Of a stretch of 64,000 nucleotides of DNA, positions 58,290-64,000 are shown in pieces. The notes under the pieces were generated by a model, which saw only the letters and a program-made list of their open reading frames with translations, was not told where the DNA came from and made no database searches. The position numbers were made by a program, and so were the translations under genes. Position 1 is the stretch's first letter. Each line of letters opens with the position of its first letter. The stretch is from Octopus vulgaris (taxonomy: Eukaryota): positions 2,232,001-2,296,000 of the forward strand of contig OX597840.1 of assembly GCA_951406725.2 (NCBI GenBank). Reading direction: 5' to 3'.

Positions 58290-58797
58290 GAGTAATTTTT
58301 TGAAAAGATGGACGCGACAGGTAAATATGACGTCATTTTTTATATTTTCGTTCGATTTACGTCCGCGATATGGCGTATCCCAGGTGGACAGAAACTTTTT
58401 TATGGGCCGTACCAACTCTATGTTAGAATTGCTCATTTGCTAACGAATCTCACCTTCCACAAATCGTCCACCTTAAGGGGCCATTAATTATACACTGTGA
58501 ATACCATCTTGCCTCTCGGGTTGATGTACCAAACTCCGTATTAAATCCTTCGTTGATAATTTTTTAAGAGATTTTCACTCAAGGTCGGCAAATAGAAAAT
58601 GATTCTTCTGGAGTCCTTTGTGAGGAAATCTAAGAACTTGTAACTAAATTCAAATGAAACGAGAGGCACATTTAACAATGCCCGATTGGAACACACATTT
58701 TATAACACACCATGACTCGTAGAAAACCATAATCAACCTGCATCACCCTGGTATACGTTTAATCGTTTTGGACTGCCTCTGGGTGGTGCTTTTGTCA
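57213..58797. repeat. Two diverged ~500-bp direct copies (57213-57697 and 58288-58797) of an unclassified element
   Basis: Colinear blocks such as tattttcgttcgatttacgtccgc and ctgggtggtgcttttgtc; each starts at a TA tract. Confidence 0.8.
57769..58156 (+). mobile_element. SINE S1
   Basis: Homologous to 5989-6425. Confidence 0.9.
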
Positions 58798-59426
58798 TAA
58801 TCTGAAACAAGCGACAAGGAGGCAGATTCTTTCTTGCTACTCCAACATGGCTTCTTGTATGACTCTTTACGAGTTTTACAAAATCAGTATACCATATAAT
58901 GTATTGGGTTCGATATATACAAGTACAACTCCAATAGTGTTGTCCCAGGATGGGTACAGCTCATTGAAAGAAACCAGTGATAAATAATATAACAAAATTA
59001 ATAAAATTAATAAAATTCTCAAATAAAAGGAAATTATTCTAAAATATGAAACCAAAATGTTACTTGTCATGTACCTAGTTAAAACTGAAATTAATATTGA
59101 GCTTATTGATTTATCGATCTCTTTCACACTCCACACATCGATGTCATCACCTCATCACGCAATATGGCAGGCCACCGAGGAATATTTGCGGTCATTGGCC
59201 ATGCTAGAAATGAGAGCTACGTATTTTGAAAATCACACGTTGAGTATTAGTGAATGGAAAGTCCATTCATTGGTCTAATCTAGTCTGAGATAAACAGAAC
59301 TGGGTGGCCACAGATGGAAAGTCTTTGATCTAAGGTCTGCTCAGAACTGTTCTGGGTCTACACAAAAACACCAACAAAAGATACAAAAATTTGTTTTAAC
59401 CTCCACACACACACACAAACACACAT

Positions 59427-59469
<43 letters not shown>

Positions 59470-59619
59470 AAGACACACACACACAAAAGACACATAAACA
59501 CACACACACAAACACACACACCTACACACATGAACGAAATCTGTTTCATGCCATGTATCTTGTCATAAAGGAAATCAATAACAGAGTTATTGATTTATCG
59601 ATCACTCGTTTTCACCCCC

Positions 59620-59913
59620 TTCTTTCACTAAATCTCTGTCTCACACTTTCTCTCACTCACTCTCCCCTGCATTCTCTTCCTCCTCCGTCTCCTCCTCCGT
59701 CTCCTCCTCCTCCAATCTCTGCGTCCATCCCTCTCACATTTTGTCTGCTTATCCGTCTCTCTCTCTCTCTCTTTCTCTCTGTTTCTCTCTCTCTCTCGCT
59801 CTTTTTCTCTGTCGCTCTCTCGCTCTTTCTCCCTCTCTCTCTCTTTCGCTCTTTCTCTCTCTCTCTCACTCTTTCTCTCACTATTTTTCTCTCTCGCTCA
59901 CTCTTTCTCTCTC

Positions 59914-59946
<33 letters not shown>

Positions 59947-60466
59947 ACCTCACTCTCACTTACAGACAAAATCACGCATTTAACTCAAACTTAAACACGA
60001 ACTGCACAAACGCAGCCACTCGCACACAAACACACACATACACACACAAACACACACACACACACACACACGTACACACACACACACAAAGACACACACA
60101 TACACACATACGCACACAAACACTCCCAGACATAGAAACACTCACTCATACACGCAGGATAATATGTTTATGCGTGTACACACGCACACGCATACACATA
60201 CATACGTGCATACACGTTCGAATATACACAGACACACACAAACAAAATCATTCCGTCTCTCTCCCTCTCTCCCTCTCCCTCATTGCCTTACTCTCACTCC
60301 CCCTTTTTCCATATCTATTTCTCTCTCATACTCGCTGCTTATCTCTCTTAATCTCTTTGTTCTCCCTCCGTTCTCTGTCTGTCTGTCTGTCTCTCTATCT
60401 ATCTATCGTACTTTCTCTTTCTTTCTTTATCTTTCTCTCTTTCTCTTTCTCTCTTTGTCCCTTTCT

Positions 60467-60499
<33 letters not shown>

Positions 60500-60970
60500 T
60501 CTCTCTCTGTACATTAATCTTTCTCTCCCATTTTCCCTATATGTCTCTCCTTCTCTTCCCGCATACACTGTTTGTCTCGATCACTCTTTCTCTCTCGCTC
60601 TCTCTCATTCTCTCTCTCTCTTTCTCTCTCTCTCTCTTTCTCTCTCGCTCTCTCTCTTTCTCTCTCGCTCTATCTCTTTCTCTCTATCTCTTAATCTCTC
60701 TCCCTCTCTCCTCACTTTCTTCCTCTGTCCCTTCCTATCCCATCTCTCCCCCCCCCTCTTTCTCTCTCTCTCCTCTCGCTCTTTCTCTCTCACTTCCCCT
60801 ATATGTCTCTCCTTCACCATGCCCACATATTATCATTCTTGCTCTCCTTCTTTCTCTCTCTTTGCCTCTGTTCACCTCTCGCATCTCCTCTCCCATCCAC
60901 ACTCTCCTTCTCCCCTTATCTCTCCCACCTCACTCCCTCATCTCCCCCCACTCCTTCCTCTCCTCTTCTC
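59620..60970. repeat. CT-rich / CA-rich low-complexity tract
   Basis: Direct reading; source of the 474-aa SL/HT pseudo-ORF. Confidence 0.9.
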
Positions 60971-61875
60971 ACAATAAATATACTTTTCTTCCTTTCATTT
61001 CGTTACCGATTCCAAAATTCCTGTCAAAACTCTGTCAGTCTTCAACTTTGAATTGAAGAAACGAATCAATAAGAATCGGCAAATTTGATGGAATATAATA
61101 AATATCGATTAGGTTCCGATCATATTGAATGGTTGTTCAACAGGACAATGCGATATACGACACACACGAAGGTGGCGGCGACGGCGTTGGCAGCGACGGC
61201 GGTGGTGGCTGGTGGTAGTTGTGGTGGTGGTCTCGGTGGTGGTGGTGGTGATGGTGATGATATCGGTGGAGGCGTTGATGGTAATATCGACGACGGTGGT
61301 TGACGTGGGTGATAGAGGTTGTTCTTGATGGCGGCGGCGGTGGTGGTGGTGGTGATGTTAGTGGTGGCGGCGGTGGTTGTGGTGGTTCTGCTGGTTCGTG
61401 GTGTTGATAATAATGGTGACGGTTATTCTAATGGCATTGATGATGATGATGGTGGTGGTGGTGGCGGTGGTGGTGGTGGTGGTGGTGGTGGTATTAATAA
61501 TGTTAGTAATCGTATTGTTACAGGTGGTGGTGATGTTGGTAGTGGTATTGATGGTAGGATAAAAATGGAGAAGACACGGGGTGGGGGTGGAACGAAGATG
61601 GGGGGGAGACGTAGACATGGAGGGGAGGAGATTGGCAATATGTTTGTAATTTCTTCTCGCGTTTCGAAATTGCTATAGTCTTAATTACAAGACCTTGCCA
61701 CGTTAACATACGATTCCTGGCATCTCCAACACCATCGAACACTACACCAAAACCGCACCACCGTCTCCATCACCACCACCACCACAGCTTAGATTCCAGC
61801 TTCTCCACACACACCACATCTCACCCACCTCTCTACGCACTATGATTAATCATCAATACAATGATATGCATATAC

Positions 61876-62283
61876 TCTTTTCTTTTACTCTTTTACTTGT
61901 TTCAGTCATTTGACTGCGGCCATGCTGGAGCACCGCCTTTAGTCGAGCAAATCGACCCCGGGACTTATCCTTTGTAAGCCCAGTACTTATTCTATCGGTT
62001 TCTTTTTGCCGAACCGCTAGGTGACGGGGACGTAAACACACCAACATCGGTTGTCAAGCAATGCTAGGGGGACAAACACAGACACACAAACACACACATA
62101 TATATATATACATACATACGACAGGCTTCTTTCAGTTTCCGTCTACCAAATCCACTCACAAGGCATTGGTCTGCCCGGGGCTATAGCAGAAGACACTTGC
62201 CCAAGATGCCACACAGTTGGACTGAACCCGGAACCATGTGGTTGGTAACCAAGCTACTTACCACACAGCCACTCCTGCGCCTA
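61876..62283 (-). mobile_element. SINE S1, full length
   Basis: Reverse-complement homolog of 5989-6425. Confidence 0.9.
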
Positions 62284-62551
62284 CATATATATATTATATG
62301 TACCTACTTACGTATATGTGCTGTTTCCGAAGTATTATAAAGATGTGTTTATATCTGTGCATACGTGTGTTCTTTTATTCTTTTGCTTCTGTCATTTACT
62401 TGCAGCCATGCTGGAGCACTGATTTAAAGAAATCGATCCCAGTACTTATCCGTTTCTTTTTGCCGAAGTTAGGGGGATGTAAACACACCAAGACCAGTTT
62501 TCAAGCGGTGGCAGAGGACAAGCACAGACACTCTACCATATATATATATAT

Positions 62552-62683
<132 letters not shown>

Positions 62684-62864
62684 GATATAGGTGAAATATA
62701 ATTAATTTAATAAAAATCAACAAATTTCATCTAGTAGTTTTTCGGTGTGGAAAAGGACCATATTCGGTAAAAACTTATACCAAAATGTGTTCCATATTTT
62801 TGTAGAAAAAGGAAATAGTAGTCTTTTGGCTGCTATTTCTAAATTTTCGGTATGTGGAATATAT

Positions 62865-63830
62865 ATCTTCTAACTATGCTCTTCGTCAGTTAAACTCTTT
62901 CTCCTTCCCTTCCGGCCCTTCTCAACTTCTGTTCACGCTTGATATCAAAAGTTTATATATGATGATCCCATACAACGAAGGACTTCATGCGTTTAAACAC
63001 TTTCTACACCTTCAACCTGCACCATCACAAACCTCACACACCCACACTTCGTCTGACCTAACTTGTCCTCTCCCTCAACTGCTTCCCGTTTGCGGGTGAG
63101 TTTTACCAACAGGTCTCCGGAGTGGTTTTGGGAACGAAAATAGAGCCCCAATAATGCGAACCTGTTCGTTGGCTACGTTGAGGCTCAAATATTTTCACAA
63201 TTCACTGGTCCCATTCCTCATCCATACGGTCGTTATATTGAGGACTGTATCGGCGCGACCTCACTCTCCTATGAATAACTGCACTTCTTCCACTCATTTG
63301 TCCAATCCTTCCATCCTGCCCTCGAATTTTCCTGCACTATCTGTGGACCTTGCCTCTGCTCTTTCCCCTCGTACCCACCTACTGTTTCCCCTCACTTACC
63401 ACCCCTTCACCCTACCTCCCCAACGCCCCATTCTCCGAGCTTTCCACATTCGCACATCTTGTCTAACTTACCATTTCCAGCCTTCAAACGAGTCCATAAC
63501 TTGCGTGACCTCCTGTCCCATATTTTCTTCCCTAGCCCGCCTCCAAACATAGCTAGTTTCTTCGCTCTCACTCACACTGTCGCACCTACCCATACCTCTC
63601 CGACACCACCATCCTCACACGTCCCTATCACGTCACTCTTTACCTGCACCTTTAGTAATATTATTTACTGCAGCTCCTGCTTTCTCTGTCCTTCCTTGTA
63701 CATTGGTCAAACGGGACGCTATTTGACTGACCGGTTCGCGGAGCCACTCTGGGACATCAGACTCGGCAATGACTCCCCGGTCTCCTGCCGTTTCCGCTCA
63801 ACCGGTCATTTTGCATATATGTGCCTCTGC
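62865..63830 (+). pseudogene. Decayed Penelope-like element: RT and GIY-YIG endonuclease fragments
   Basis: LFTLDIKSLY..IP..EGL; LVLSLNCF.F.GEFYQQVSGV.LGT; ANLFVGYVE; RYIEDC; AFKR..NLRDLL; CTFSNIIYC..C..C...YIGQTGR.L.DRF.E; several frameshifts and deletions. Confidence 0.88.
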
Positions 63831-64000
63831 GAAGGATTTCGGTAGGATATTATGTATTAATCAGTCTAATGAGAGGAGGATGCTTGGGTAGGTGTTTGAA
63901 TAGGTGAAATTAATAGGAAGATACATGGGTAGATAGACACGTGATAAATTCATTGGCGGGTAGATGGATTAAAAAGCGGGTGGATGTAATGTGAAATTGC

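Noticed and set aside
59553-60977. 474-aa ORF, the longest in the window
   Set aside because: CT/CA low-complexity sequence that simply lacks stop codons
61085-61680. Gly/Val-rich ORFs
   Set aside because: Decayed (GGT)n/(GAT)n repeat

Overview
AT-rich, microsatellite-saturated animal non-coding DNA. The SINE families and the density of (TA)n/(TG)n/(TAGA)n point to a cephalopod, most likely Octopus (inference from repeat recognition). No host protein-coding exon, tRNA or rRNA gene can be supported; nearly all listed ORFs are translated microsatellites. The real coding remnants are all from transposons: a 5'-truncated CR1/L2-group LINE RT with one nonsense codon (37.3-38.8 kb) plus three 3'-end fragments, Helitron PIF1-helicase fragments (16.2-16.8 kb and an array at 24.7-30.1 kb), an internally deleted mariner (44.6-45.2 kb), and two decayed Penelope-like (PLE) ORF segments (23.1-24.1 kb; 62.9-63.8 kb). 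About 25 tRNA-derived SINE copies show head/tail module swapping. The main unexplained signal is a set of short, mostly unrelated elements embedded in (TA)n tracts that carry type I hammerhead-ribozyme folds (13 motifs found by eye). Most have a minimal palindromic stem III, several have a very long stem II, and some have variant cores (G3-C8 swap, U3-A8 swap, U4C). They recurrently show a fold-back (partial inverted duplication) architecture. I read them as a diverse population of non-autonomous PLE-terminal-repeat/retrozyme-like elements. All folds were paired by hand and none has been tested for cleavage.
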